From assembly GCA_040235375.1 (NCBI GenBank), contig JBECKQ010000254.1, forward strand, positions 1-63,650: a stretch of 63,650 bases of DNA. Reading direction: 5' to 3'. A program made the translations under genes and the position numbers. The stretch comes from Phycisphaerae bacterium. GTDB taxonomy: Bacteria > Planctomycetota > Phycisphaerae > UBA1845. Below the pieces are notes generated by a model that saw only the letters and a program-made list of their open reading frames with translations, searched no databases and was not told where the DNA came from. Below are positions 7,476-16,895 of the stretch, in pieces. How positions within the stretch are numbered: the first letter of the stretch is position 1; each line of letters starts with the position of its first letter.

Positions 7476-9764
7476 ATGCGGATGGTGGCAGTGTCGCCGA
7501 CAGGCACTTCTCGTCGAATGTGGCTCGTCCTTTCGCTGGTATTCTGCCTGACCGGCATTGCCGCCGTGCCGACACGGGCGGCCGATCCGGCTATATGTCT
7601 CGACGCCAAAGCCGAGCAGCGAATCGACGCGCTGCTGGCGAAGATGACACTCGAAGAGAAACTTGGGCAGTTGACGCAGCAGACCGGCCCGGGCGAGAAC
7701 TACAACCCGGACGCGCCCAACCAGAAGGATCGGGATCTCTTCGGCGCCGTGCGCGCCGGCAAGCTCGGTTCCGTGCTCAACGCGCACGGCGCCGAGCTCA
7801 CCAACAAGCTGCAGAGCGAGGCCGTCGAGCGTTCGCGGTTGGGCATTCCCGTGCTCTTTGGCAACGACGTGATCCACGGATACCGCACGATTTTCCCGAT
7901 TCCTCTCGGCGAAGCGGCCACCTGGGACCCGGCGCTGATCGAGAAGTCGGCGATCGTCGCCGCGACGGAAGCGGGGGCCGCCGGCACGCGTTGGACCTTC
8001 GCCCCCATGGTGGACATCTGCCGCGACGGCCGGTGGGGTCGCGTCGCGGAAGGCGCCGGCGAAGATCCCTTCCTGGGCTCGGTGATCGCGGCGGCACGCG
8101 TCCGCGGATTTCAGAAAGGCAACCCGGCCGCCCATGATGCCCTGGTGGCATGCGCCAAGCACTTTGCAGCCTACGGCGCCCCGGAGGGCGGGCGGGACTA
8201 CAACACTGTCGATCTCTCCGAGCAGCGGCTGCGCGAGGTGTACCTGCCGCCGTTCAAGGCCGCAGTTGACGCCGGCGTCGGCACGCTGATGAGCGCGTTC
8301 AACGACATCGACGGCGTGCCCGCTACCGCCAACCCGCTTACACTTCGCCACGTCCTCCGCGAGGAATGGGGTTTCCGCGGATTCGTCGTCAGCGACTGGT
8401 GCTCCATCACCGAGATGGTCGCCCACGGCTACGCGACCGATGACGGCGACGCCGCCGTCAAGGCGATCCTCGCCGGCGTGGACATGGACATGTCGTCGTT
8501 TTCCTATCGAACGCACTTGGGCGATGCGGTCATGGCCGGCATCGTATCCGAGCAGACCATCGACGAGGCCGTACGGCGCGTGCTGCGAATCAAGACGCTG
8601 GCCGGCCTGTTCGACGACCCGTACGTCGACCCGGCGTTGGAGAAGAAGGTCATCCTTTGCGACGAGAATCGCCGTGCTGCTCGCGATGTGGCCCGGCACT
8701 CGATTGTGCTGGCGAAAAACGAAGGCGCCGTACTGCCTATAGGCGAGCGTGTGAAGTCGATCGCCGTGATCGGCCCGCTTGCGGACAACCACGAGGCGCC
8801 GCTCGGCACGTGGTCGCTGATCGGCAGGTCTCAAGACGTGATCAGCGCGCTCGAGGGGATCAGGAAGCGGGCCGGATCGCAGTGCGAAGTCCGCTACGCG
8901 AAAGGCTGCGAAGTCCTGGGCGGCGACGACAAGGGAATCACCGGGGCCGCGGCGCTCGCCAAAGACTGCGACATGGCGATCGTGGTCGTTGGCGAGAGTG
9001 CGGACATGAGCGGCGAGGCCCACTCGCGTGCCGGCCTGGACCTGCCCGGCCGGCAGCTCGATCTGGTCAAGGCGGTTCGCGCCACCGGTGTGCCGATGGC
9101 CGTCGTGCTGATGAATGGCCGGCCGATGTCGATTTCCTGGACGGCCGAGAACGTTCCCGCCATCCTCATCGCCTGGCATCTGGGCGTCGAGTGCGGTCCG
9201 GCCATCGCCGACGTGCTCTTCGGCGACTTCAACCCCAGCGGCAAGCTGCCGATCACGTTCCCCCGATCGGTCGGCCAGGTGCCGATCTACTACAACCACA
9301 CGAACACAGGCCGTCCGCCGACGGACAAGCGCTATACGTCCAAGTATATCGATCTGCCCTGGACGCCGCTGTACCCGTTCGGATACGGCCTGAGCTACAC
9401 GCAGTTCGAGTTCTCCGACCTGGTGGTCACGCCGCAGCAAATCGGTCCGGCCGGCAGCGTGAAAGTCAGCGCGAAGGTTCGAAACACCGGCTCGCGCGCC
9501 GGCGACGAGATCGCCCAGCTTTACATCCGCGACCTGGTCGCCAGTCGAGTCCGGCCGGTCAAGGAGCTGCGCGGCTTCCAGCGCGTATCGCTCGAGCCGG
9601 GTGAGACAAAGGATGTCACTTTTACATTGACGCCGGAGAGCCTGGGCTTCTACAACAGCGACATGCAATTCGTCGTCGAGCCGGGCGAGTTTGCGGTCTG
9701 GATCGGACCGAACTCGGCGGACGGCATCGAGGGACGATTCCAGGTCAGCAGCGAGGCGGACTGA
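7476..9764 (+). CDS. bglX: Periplasmic beta-glucosidase, GH3 family
   Basis: 762 aa with a signal peptide. GH3 nucleophile region 'GFRGFVVSDWCSI', plus 'KHFAAYGAPEGGRDYN' and a C-terminal FnIII-like tail. Confidence 0.9.
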   Translation: MRMVAVSPTGTSRRMWLVLSLVFCLTGIAAVPTRAADPAICLDAKAEQRIDALLAKMTLEEKLGQLTQQTGPGENYNPDAPNQKDRDLFGAVRAGKLGSVLNAHGAELTNKLQSEAVERSRLGIPVLFGNDVIHGYRTIFPIPLGEAATWDPALIEKSAIVAATEAGAAGTRWTFAPMVDICRDGRWGRVAEGAGEDPFLGSVIAAARVRGFQKGNPAAHDALVACAKHFAAYGAPEGGRDYNTVDLSEQRLREVYLPPFKAAVDAGVGTLMSAFNDIDGVPATANPLTLRHVLREEWGFRGFVVSDWCSITEMVAHGYATDDGDAAVKAILAGVDMDMSSFSYRTHLGDAVMAGIVSEQTIDEAVRRVLRIKTLAGLFDDPYVDPALEKKVILCDENRRAARDVARHSIVLAKNEGAVLPIGERVKSIAVIGPLADNHEAPLGTWSLIGRSQDVISALEGIRKRAGSQCEVRYAKGCEVLGGDDKGITGAAALAKDCDMAIVVVGESADMSGEAHSRAGLDLPGRQLDLVKAVRATGVPMAVVLMNGRPMSISWTAENVPAILIAWHLGVECGPAIADVLFGDFNPSGKLPITFPRSVGQVPIYYNHTNTGRPPTDKRYTSKYIDLPWTPLYPFGYGLSYTQFEFSDLVVTPQQIGPAGSVKVSAKVRNTGSRAGDEIAQLYIRDLVASRVRPVKELRGFQRVSLEPGETKDVTFTLTPESLGFYNSDMQFVVEPGEFAVWIGPNSADGIEGRFQVSSEAD

Positions 9765-9786
9765 GCGCTCGCGAGGGGAGACGACA

Positions 9787-11448
9787 ATGCCCGAAATCCC
9801 GCAGCAGCATCTGGCGATCATCGACTGGGTTCTGATCGGCGCCTACTTCGTGATGGTGATGGGCATCGGCTTCTACTTTGCCCGTCGCGCGAAGGACACG
9901 ACCGGCTACTTCCTTGCGGGCCGGCATGCCGGCTGGCTCGCGGTGGGCGGTGCGCTGTTTGCGGCGAACATCTCGTCCGAGCACTTCGTCGGCCTGGCGG
10001 GCGACGGTTTCAAGAGCGGTCTGGCGGTCGCCCAGTTCGAACTGTTCGCTGCGGTAGCGTGCCTGACGCTGGGATGGATCTTCATCCCCTTCTACGTTCG
10101 CAGCGGTATCTTCACGATGCCGGAGTTCCTCGAACGCCGCTACAATAAGCAGTGCCGAACGTATCTGACGGTCATCTCACTGGTGTCGTACATCCTGACG
10201 AAAATCTCGGTGACGTTGTTTGCCGGGTCGCTGTTTCTCAAGATGCTCTTCGGTTGGGATCTCTACACGTCCAGCCTGATCATGGTCGTCGCGACGGGCA
10301 TCTACACGGTCGCGGGCGGGCTCTCCGCAGTGATCTACACCGAGTTCATTCAGGCGTTCATTCTGATTGGCGGAGCGGTCGTGCTGACCCTTGTCGGGCT
10401 GGACAAGATCGGCGGCGTCTCTGCGCTGATCCACGACATACCCTCCGGCCACTGGTCGATGCTCAAGCCGATCGGGCATGATTATCCCTGGCCGGGCATG
10501 CTCTTCGGTCTTCCGATCCTCGGAATATGGTACTGGTGTACCGATCAATACATCGTGCAACGGGCGCTGGGCGCCAAGAACCTGGACAATGCTCGCGGCG
10601 GCGCGATCTTCGCCGGCTTTCTGAAGCTGTTGCCCATGTTCATTCTCGTGATGCCGGGCATGATCGCGCTGAAGCTCTTCCCCAACATCGAGAAAGGGCA
10701 ATCGAACGCTGTCTACCCCATGCTCACGACCCTGTTGCCGATCGGCATCAAGGGGATCGTCATCGCGGGCCTGTTTGCGGCGATGATGTCGTCGCTGGCC
10801 GCGTGCTTCAATTCGTGCGGCACGCTGTTCACGATGGACCTGTACAAGCCGCGGCGCCCGCAGGCGTCGGAACGCGAGCTCGTGTTCGTCGGCCGCCTCG
10901 TCACGGTGGTCATCGTCATACTGGGCATCCTGTACGTGCCCTTCATGAAGTACCTTGGCGGCAGCCAGCTCTATCAGTATTTGCAGAAGATCCAGGGATA
11001 TATCAGCCCACCGATCGCCGCAGTGTTCCTGCTCGGCCTCTTCTGGCCCCGGCTGAATGGCAAAGGTGCGATCGCCTCGCTGTATACCGGTTTCGTGCTC
11101 GGCGTCCTGCGGCTCGTCGGGGAGCTCGGCTTCAACGCCTGGAACTGGCGATTTGGCAAGCTCGACATACTGATCACGATGAACTTCCTCCACTTCGCCA
11201 TCCTGATGTTCGCGGTGTGTGTTTTGGTTCTGGTCGTGGTGAGCATCGCGACGCGGCCGCTGCCGACGGGAAAGCTCGAGGGGCTGACGTTCCCGACCAC
11301 GCCGAAGGAGGCCAGGGCCGTGGACATCGCCGCCGGAACACGCCGCGGCCGGCGGACGACCATCATCGCCACCATCGTGCTGCTGGCGATCCTCGCCATC
11401 ATCTGGCTGATCTTCTACGTGATTGTGCCAATCCGCATCGCGGGGTGA
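9787..11448 (+). CDS. Sodium:solute symporter (SSS/SGLT family)
   Basis: Start at 'MPEIPQQHLAIIDW'. Polytopic protein with 'AANISSEHFVGLAGDGFKSGLAVAQFE'. It follows GH3 directly, so a sugar-uptake pair is likely. Confidence 0.9.
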   Translation: MPEIPQQHLAIIDWVLIGAYFVMVMGIGFYFARRAKDTTGYFLAGRHAGWLAVGGALFAANISSEHFVGLAGDGFKSGLAVAQFELFAAVACLTLGWIFIPFYVRSGIFTMPEFLERRYNKQCRTYLTVISLVSYILTKISVTLFAGSLFLKMLFGWDLYTSSLIMVVATGIYTVAGGLSAVIYTEFIQAFILIGGAVVLTLVGLDKIGGVSALIHDIPSGHWSMLKPIGHDYPWPGMLFGLPILGIWYWCTDQYIVQRALGAKNLDNARGGAIFAGFLKLLPMFILVMPGMIALKLFPNIEKGQSNAVYPMLTTLLPIGIKGIVIAGLFAAMMSSLAACFNSCGTLFTMDLYKPRRPQASERELVFVGRLVTVVIVILGILYVPFMKYLGGSQLYQYLQKIQGYISPPIAAVFLLGLFWPRLNGKGAIASLYTGFVLGVLRLVGELGFNAWNWRFGKLDILITMNFLHFAILMFAVCVLVLVVVSIATRPLPTGKLEGLTFPTTPKEARAVDIAAGTRRGRRTTIIATIVLLAILAIIWLIFYVIVPIRIAG

Positions 11449-11455
11449 TACAGGT

Positions 11456-11941
11456 TCACAGCGCTCGCGCCGGCCGGCCGCACTCCGGGCATACCGCGCC
11501 GGTGTTGCCCTTCGTGTCGTAGCCGCAGTGCAGGCATAGTCCCTGGCGAAGGCGGTGCCGTCGGCGGCGCGCATCGACGCCGATTACCCAGGCCGGATAC
11601 GCCACCAGGGCCAATGCCGGCAGCCAACCCGGGAACGCGAACTGTCGCAGGCGCATCGACCCGTTCACGCCGCGGTATCGCCTGCGCATCACCTCGTCGG
11701 AGTACATCAGGCCGGCCGCGTACTTGTGTACCGGTTGCCATGACGCGTACGGCTTGTCCTCGGCCAGCCGTGTCCAGACTCCGGTAACCACCGACCCCTC
11801 GTCGAGGTAGACCTGCAGCATCATCATGCGACTGGCCAGGCTGTATGAGAACGACGGCCGCCCCCACATGCTCGCCAGCGCGCTCAGACCCAGCACAATC
11901 GCCGCACACGCGAGCACCGTCACCACCACCGGCCGTCCCAT
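11456..11941 (-). CDS. Membrane protein with C-terminal Cys4 zinc ribbon (CGY...CPECG family)
   Basis: Internal start 'MGRPVVVTVLACAAIVLG' (TM-like). C-terminus is 'RRRRHRLRQGLCLHCGYDTKGNTGAVCPECGRP'. Confidence 0.6.
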   Translation of the reverse strand: MGRPVVVTVLACAAIVLGLSALASMWGRPSFSYSLASRMMMLQVYLDEGSVVTGVWTRLAEDKPYASWQPVHKYAAGLMYSDEVMRRRYRGVNGSMRLRQFAFPGWLPALALVAYPAWVIGVDARRRRHRLRQGLCLHCGYDTKGNTGAVCPECGRPARAL

Positions 11942-12150
11942 GTTCCGCACCTCTTCGACGCGACGCCGCGACGTTTGACGCGGCGCGCCGTCATCGTAAC
12001 CGCTTCCGGACGCAACCGCGGCATACATCCTATCAGCGCCACAATTTCCGACCTCTGCCGCGATCGACGCCGCCGGGAGTCGCCATCGGCCTTTTGAGCA
12101 CTACCATATATACCGACGGCCGCGGATGTCGCGGCCTTGGAGCCCGTGCA

Positions 12151-12708
12151 ATGTCGGATGCCTTTCTCGCCCGGTGGGACGAGTTCCGCCGGATGCCGAA
12201 TCACCCGGAGATGTCGGTCTTCCCCGACCGGCAGCCGCGCGCCCTGACAGACGCGACGCGCGATGCCCTTGGCGAGCTGACCTGCCCACGGTGCCGGTAC
12301 AGCCTGCGCGGCATTTCCGGCGTCTACTGCCCGGAATGCGGGCTCCATCTCGAATACGAGCCGGTTACCGTGTTCACGGCCGCTGACCAGTCGCTGGTCT
12401 GGGCGGCGGCCCTCGTCATGGATCGCCATGAAATCTCGAACCTTATCGTGACCGGCAGCTTCGACCCGTTTCTCGGCATGTTCGCCCGGGCGTCGAGCAT
12501 GCCGCGCCTGATGGTACCGCACAAGTTCTACCGCGAGGGCGTCGAGGTCCTGGAACGCGAGTTCGGCAAACGTCTGTTCAAACGGGGGGAGACGCCGCCG
12601 AGGCCGCCTGCCAGCCCTCGCTGGGAGTGCCCCGGCTGCGGCGAAAAAGTCCCCGGCAGCTTCGACATCTGCTGGAGCTGCTCGAGCCAACGCCCGTCGG
12701 CGCAGTGA
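12151..12708 (+). CDS. Double zinc-ribbon protein (CRY...CPECG ribbon plus C-terminal CPGCG...CWSC ribbon)
   Basis: ATG at 12151 ('MSDAFLARW'). Ribbons 'CPRCRYSLRGISGVYCPECG' and 'WECPGCGEKVPGSFDICWSCS'. It is divergent from 11456..11941. Confidence 0.6.
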   Translation: MSDAFLARWDEFRRMPNHPEMSVFPDRQPRALTDATRDALGELTCPRCRYSLRGISGVYCPECGLHLEYEPVTVFTAADQSLVWAAALVMDRHEISNLIVTGSFDPFLGMFARASSMPRLMVPHKFYREGVEVLEREFGKRLFKRGETPPRPPASPRWECPGCGEKVPGSFDICWSCSSQRPSAQ

Positions 12709-12932
12709 CTGGCTGCCGCATTCCGCGGATTGCCTTTCTCATTCCAAATGCTGCCGGCTTGCAAGCCTTCGCACGGCGTTTAGCCGCGTTATCGGAACGA
12801 AGCGAGCTCGTTACTGGACGGAAAGGTTTCGCGCTGTAAACTATCATCCGTGAGGGGATTTTCTTGAGCGGCCTGCTGTCATCGTCGAAGGAATGTTATT
12901 GAGGCCGCCCCGTTCGCGGAGACACGCCTGCA

Positions 12933-13406
12933 ATGGACACCCGGGAGAAACGCAAGCAACTCCAGGCGCTGGCAGAAGACGTTTTCGAACTCTCCAAACT
13001 GGGATCGCGGGCCCGCGCGCAGGCCCGGTCGGGCGATTCCGTGGACACGCTCACCGAAACCGAGACGCTTACGCTGGATCTGCTCAGCAAACACGACTCG
13101 CTGACGGTGGGGGAGATACAACGGGAGATCGGCGTACTGCCCGCGCAGATGTCTCGCATCGTTCGATCACTCGAGGACAAAAGCTCCGGTCCCTACATCG
13201 AATGCAACATCAATCCGGAGGACCGGCGGAAGGTGGACGTCTCGATCACCTCCGAAGGTCGGAAGGTTCTCGAGGCCTATCGGGAAGAGCGACTCGGCGC
13301 CGCCGTACGGCTCCTGGCGGTTCTGACCCAGACCGAGCGGGACGAGTTTGCGAACATCCTCAACAAAATCCGCGATCATCTCCAGGCCGGTCTGCGGAAG
13401 GACTGA
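12933..13406 (+). CDS. MarR family transcriptional regulator
   Basis: Winged-helix region 'LTVGEIQREIGVLPAQMSRIVRSLEDK ... NPEDRRKVDVSITSEGRKVLE'. Confidence 0.85.
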   Translation: MDTREKRKQLQALAEDVFELSKLGSRARAQARSGDSVDTLTETETLTLDLLSKHDSLTVGEIQREIGVLPAQMSRIVRSLEDKSSGPYIECNINPEDRRKVDVSITSEGRKVLEAYREERLGAAVRLLAVLTQTERDEFANILNKIRDHLQAGLRKD

Positions 13407-13595
13407 ACCAGACCCGCCCCCGCCGGACGCTTGCCTCCGGCAAACAAGACCCGAAAATACCGCCCGTTTCCTCCCCACTGGCCGCGTAGCCAGCAGAATA
13501 GGCAACAAAGAAATAATCGAAATGGCGGCTAACCCTCGTCTCTCCAAGGGGTCTATTATGCTATGCGAAAATATTTCAATTCCGAACAATATGGC

Positions 13596-13623
13596 TTGAT
13601 TGACAATGTTTACATGATATAAG
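13596..13623 (+). promoter_or_regulatory. Sigma70-like promoter candidate, TTGATT-N16-TATAAG
   Basis: It lies in an unusually AT-rich patch about 60 nt upstream of the 13682 start. An overlapping TTGACA sits at 13600-13605. Confidence 0.35.
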
Positions 13624-13681
13624 TAAACCGAGTGTCGGCTCCCAACCTTGAACAGCCGGCCGCTATCACGGAGGAACAACC

Positions 13682-14197
13682 ATGCGAACCGCAATCAGAC
13701 ACGGCCTGCCGATGGCCGCCGCGATCGTAGCCGTATGCGCCATGGCCCTGCCGGCCCAGGCGCAGCACATCCGGCGGGCGAGAACGTTCGGCGATCTTGC
13801 CCGATCGTCCTATCCGCCGCGTCCCGCACGCGTCTACGTTTCGTCGCGCCGCACCAGAGCGTGCGCGCCCCGGCGGACGTATGTACGCGCGCCGGTTGTT
13901 GTGGAGCGGCCGGTTGTCGTCGAACGGCCCGTGGTCGTCCAGCGTCCCGCGGTTGTCGTTCGGCCGTCGAGCGGGTTCAGCTTCGGCTTCAGCTACGGCA
14001 GCGGTCACCGCTATTACTACCCGTCGCGCCGAAGCGTGAGCCTGTTCAGCACGGCGCGCCATCACCGGCACCACGCGTACCGCTACGAGCGGCCGATCCG
14101 CATCAACTTTGGCCGCAGTTACGGGCGTCATCATCGCGACCATGATCGTTACGAACACCACCGCCCCGGCGGCCTCCGGCTGCACCGGCGCCGGTAA
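13682..14197 (+). CDS. Secreted His/Arg/Tyr-rich repeat protein, function unknown
   Basis: Signal peptide 'AAAIVAVCAMALPAQA'. Triple repeat 'VVVERPVVVERPVVVQRP'. His clusters 'HHRHHAYRYE' and 'HHRDHDRYEHHR'. GGAGG lies upstream of the ATG. Confidence 0.55.
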   Translation: MRTAIRHGLPMAAAIVAVCAMALPAQAQHIRRARTFGDLARSSYPPRPARVYVSSRRTRACAPRRTYVRAPVVVERPVVVERPVVVQRPAVVVRPSSGFSFGFSYGSGHRYYYPSRRSVSLFSTARHHRHHAYRYERPIRINFGRSYGRHHRDHDRYEHHRPGGLRLHRRR

Positions 14198-14452
14198 CTT
14201 CGGCGTTCCGTGGTGACTTCGGGTCACGTGTGCGGCGCGCGCGGTCAATGGGGGTTTCGATCGGAGTAGGGCTGAGCGCTGAGCGGCGCAATCGTATTGA
14301 CCGAAAACGACGATGCATCGATTCCAAAACGACGCATCGAACACAGACGACAACGCAGTAGGCGGCGTTGTTCTTCGCGACGAGGGTCGGGTGCGTAGCC
14401 CGGCCCTTTTTGCGCGCACATCAAGGAATGCGGCGCGCAGGAGACGCGAATG

Positions 14453-15637
14453 CTACCGGCCGAGAAACTGGGCCATGAGGGTGTGGCCGGGGTCGATCAG
14501 GTCGCCGGTTTCGGCGGCGGCGCGCTCTGAGAACGGGCGGCCGGCGGGCGGCACGCCGGGGCCGGCATAGCAGAACGGCGGCGGCACGCCGGAGTGCGCC
14601 TTCGTGGATACCGGCGTCGGATGGTCCGGAGCGACGAGGATGCGCCAGTCGTCAAAGCGGCGGATCGCGTCGAGAACCCGGCCGACGACGTGCCGATCAA
14701 TCTGCTCGAGCGTTTCCACCTTCAGGTCGGCGTCGCCGAGGTGGCCGGCCTCGTCCGATGCCTCCACGTGCGTGATGATGATGTCGTTCGAGCGCAGCGC
14801 ATCCGCCGCGGCCTGGCCCTTGCCGGCGTAGTTCGTGTCCACGTAGCCAGTTGCCCCGGGCACCTCGATCAGCTCCAGCCCGGCGGAGACGGCCAACCCG
14901 CGAATGATATCCACGCCGGTGATGACTGCCCCGTGTAGCCCCCAGCGATCGGCGAAACTCTGCAGCGGTCGTGGTCTGCCTTGGCCCCAAAGCCAGATGT
15001 CCGTGACGGGTGGCATACCGGTCGAGGCACGCCGGCGGTTGACTTCATGATGGCGCAGCACGCCGGCCGCGGCCGTCATGATGTCGCGGAGGCGATTGGC
15101 GCCCGCGCCCGCGGGCAGATGCTGCTCAACCAGCTGATTCGGAATGTCATGCGGCGGCGTGCAATGCGCCTTCTCGCCGAGGTTGTCGCCGGCCACCAGG
15201 AGGTTGCGGTACGACACTCCGGCGTGAAACAAGAGCGGTTCGTCGCCGAAGTGCGCGTTCAGCGCCGCGATCAACGCTTCGGTTTCGTCCTGTTGGATGT
15301 GATGCGCGGTGAAGTCGAGCATGCGGCCCTCGAGGATGGTCACGAAGTTGCACCGGAAGACGATTTCGTCGGGCTGCAGCGAGATGCCCTGCGCCGCGGC
15401 TTCGATGGGCGCCCGACCCGTATAACTGACGTGCGGGTCGTAGCCGAGCAGCGACAGCGTGGCCACGTCCGTTCCGGCCACAAAGCCGTTGGGCACGGTC
15501 ACGACGCGACCGAGCCGGCCGTGACTTGCGATCCAATCCATGTTGGGAATGTCCGCCGCTTCGAGCGGAGTCCTGCCGCCGAGCTTCGGGAGCGGCTCGT
15601 CCGCGGCGCCGTCGGGAAGAATGATCGCCAGTTTCAT
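14453..15637 (-). CDS. Cofactor-independent phosphoglycerate mutase family protein (archaeal ApgM-type metalloenzyme)
   Basis: Start at 'MKLAIILPDGAADEP'. Also 'THVEASDEAGHLGD' and 'VAPDHPTP'. This family has also been annotated as an alternative homoserine kinase, so the substrate is uncertain. Confidence 0.8.
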   Translation of the reverse strand: MKLAIILPDGAADEPLPKLGGRTPLEAADIPNMDWIASHGRLGRVVTVPNGFVAGTDVATLSLLGYDPHVSYTGRAPIEAAAQGISLQPDEIVFRCNFVTILEGRMLDFTAHHIQQDETEALIAALNAHFGDEPLLFHAGVSYRNLLVAGDNLGEKAHCTPPHDIPNQLVEQHLPAGAGANRLRDIMTAAAGVLRHHEVNRRRASTGMPPVTDIWLWGQGRPRPLQSFADRWGLHGAVITGVDIIRGLAVSAGLELIEVPGATGYVDTNYAGKGQAAADALRSNDIIITHVEASDEAGHLGDADLKVETLEQIDRHVVGRVLDAIRRFDDWRILVAPDHPTPVSTKAHSGVPPPFCYAGPGVPPAGRPFSERAAAETGDLIDPGHTLMAQFLGR

Positions 15638-15914
15638 GCTGCGCTCTTTCGCGTTCGTCCGGATCGGACGCGCTTCCGGCATGCGGCGCACCGCGTCGCA
15701 TAACAATACGGTCAGACGCAGTCGTAGTGTAGAGTGGCGAAGGGGTTCATCAATACACGGAGCAGCGTCATGGCGTTTTCGCCCGCGGCGTCGCGGCGTC
15801 CCACGTGTTCGAAGTTGTCCGATTTCGGTCGAACTGCAGTCGCCGGTTGGCGTGGTCCGGTAACGGGTCGTATGATGAACCCCGGGTGAAACAGATCGAG
15901 AGGTCTCTGGGAAT

Positions 15915-16793
15915 ATGGAATCGCAGAGCGCCGATCAATACCTCGTCGAGCAAATCCGCGCCGGACAGGACGCCGCGTGGCGGGAGCTGATCGACCGATT
16001 CCACGGGCGACTGATGGCGTTCGTGCGCCAGCGAACGCCCAGCCTGACGGATGCGGAGGACATTGTGCAGGAGACATTCGTAGGTTTTCTCCAGTCGCTG
16101 CCGAACTATGACGCCGCCCGCCCGCTCGAGACATACCTGTTCACGATCGCGCGCTTTAAGCTGATCGACCGGCTGCGGACTCGCAGGCTCACACCGCTCG
16201 AGTCGAGCGACGAAGACGAGGACGCGTGGGATCGGATCGCGGCGGACGGAGGCGAAACGCCCTCACGGCTGGCCGTCGCGGCCGAGGACGCGGCGCTGCG
16301 CGAGCAGGTGCTCGACGACGTGCTCCGGCGGCTCATCTGCGATTATCGCGATCGGGGGGCGTTCGAGGATTTACAGATCATCGAGCTGCTCTTCTACGGC
16401 GGCCGGCGAAACCTCGAGGTCGCCGAGCTGTTCGACAAGGACCAGAAGGCGATTGCGGGCGTAAAGTTCCGGGCGATCGGCAAGCTGCGGAAGTTTCTCG
16501 AGGAGATGCCGTCTTCCTGCGAGCTGACCGACGAACACGCGGAGATTACGGTATCGCGCGTGTGGCGGGAACGACGGCTGACGTGCCTGAAGCGGAGCAC
16601 GCTGGGCTCCTATTTGCTGGGTGTGCTGGACGAGCCGTGGCTCTCGTACACGCAGTTTCATCTCGACGTCGTGGGCTGCCCGATGTGCCTGGCGAACCTG
16701 CGGGACCTCGAGGAAGAAGAGGAGGGCGGCGGCCTGCCCGAGCGCGTGTACGCCTCGAGTGTCGGGTTCCTGTCGCGCGCCTCGGCGGGGTGA
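15915..16793 (+). CDS. ECF-type sigma-70 factor with a fused C-terminal anti-sigma-like zinc-finger domain
   Basis: Region 2 'DAEDIVQETFVGFLQSL', region 4 'NLEVAELFDKDQKAIAGVKFRAIGKLRKFL'. The C-terminus 'CLKRSTLGSYLLGVLDEPWLSYTQFHLDVVGCPMCLANLRDLE' resembles a ZAS domain. Confidence 0.85.
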   Translation: MESQSADQYLVEQIRAGQDAAWRELIDRFHGRLMAFVRQRTPSLTDAEDIVQETFVGFLQSLPNYDAARPLETYLFTIARFKLIDRLRTRRLTPLESSDEDEDAWDRIAADGGETPSRLAVAAEDAALREQVLDDVLRRLICDYRDRGAFEDLQIIELLFYGGRRNLEVAELFDKDQKAIAGVKFRAIGKLRKFLEEMPSSCELTDEHAEITVSRVWRERRLTCLKRSTLGSYLLGVLDEPWLSYTQFHLDVVGCPMCLANLRDLEEEEEGGGLPERVYASSVGFLSRASAG

Positions 16794-16895
16794 GAAACAC
16801 TCGGTCCGTATGATCATATTGCATTAGACGCGGCGCGAGCACGTCGAAAACGCAGCCGTGGCGTTCAGCTACACGTTCTGACCCGGAGGAGAACG

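Noticed and set aside
7386-9821. 811-aa minus-strand ORF opposite the GH3 beta-glucosidase
   Set aside because: It is the same kind of high-GC antisense artefact. The plus-strand frame carries the GH3 signature motifs.
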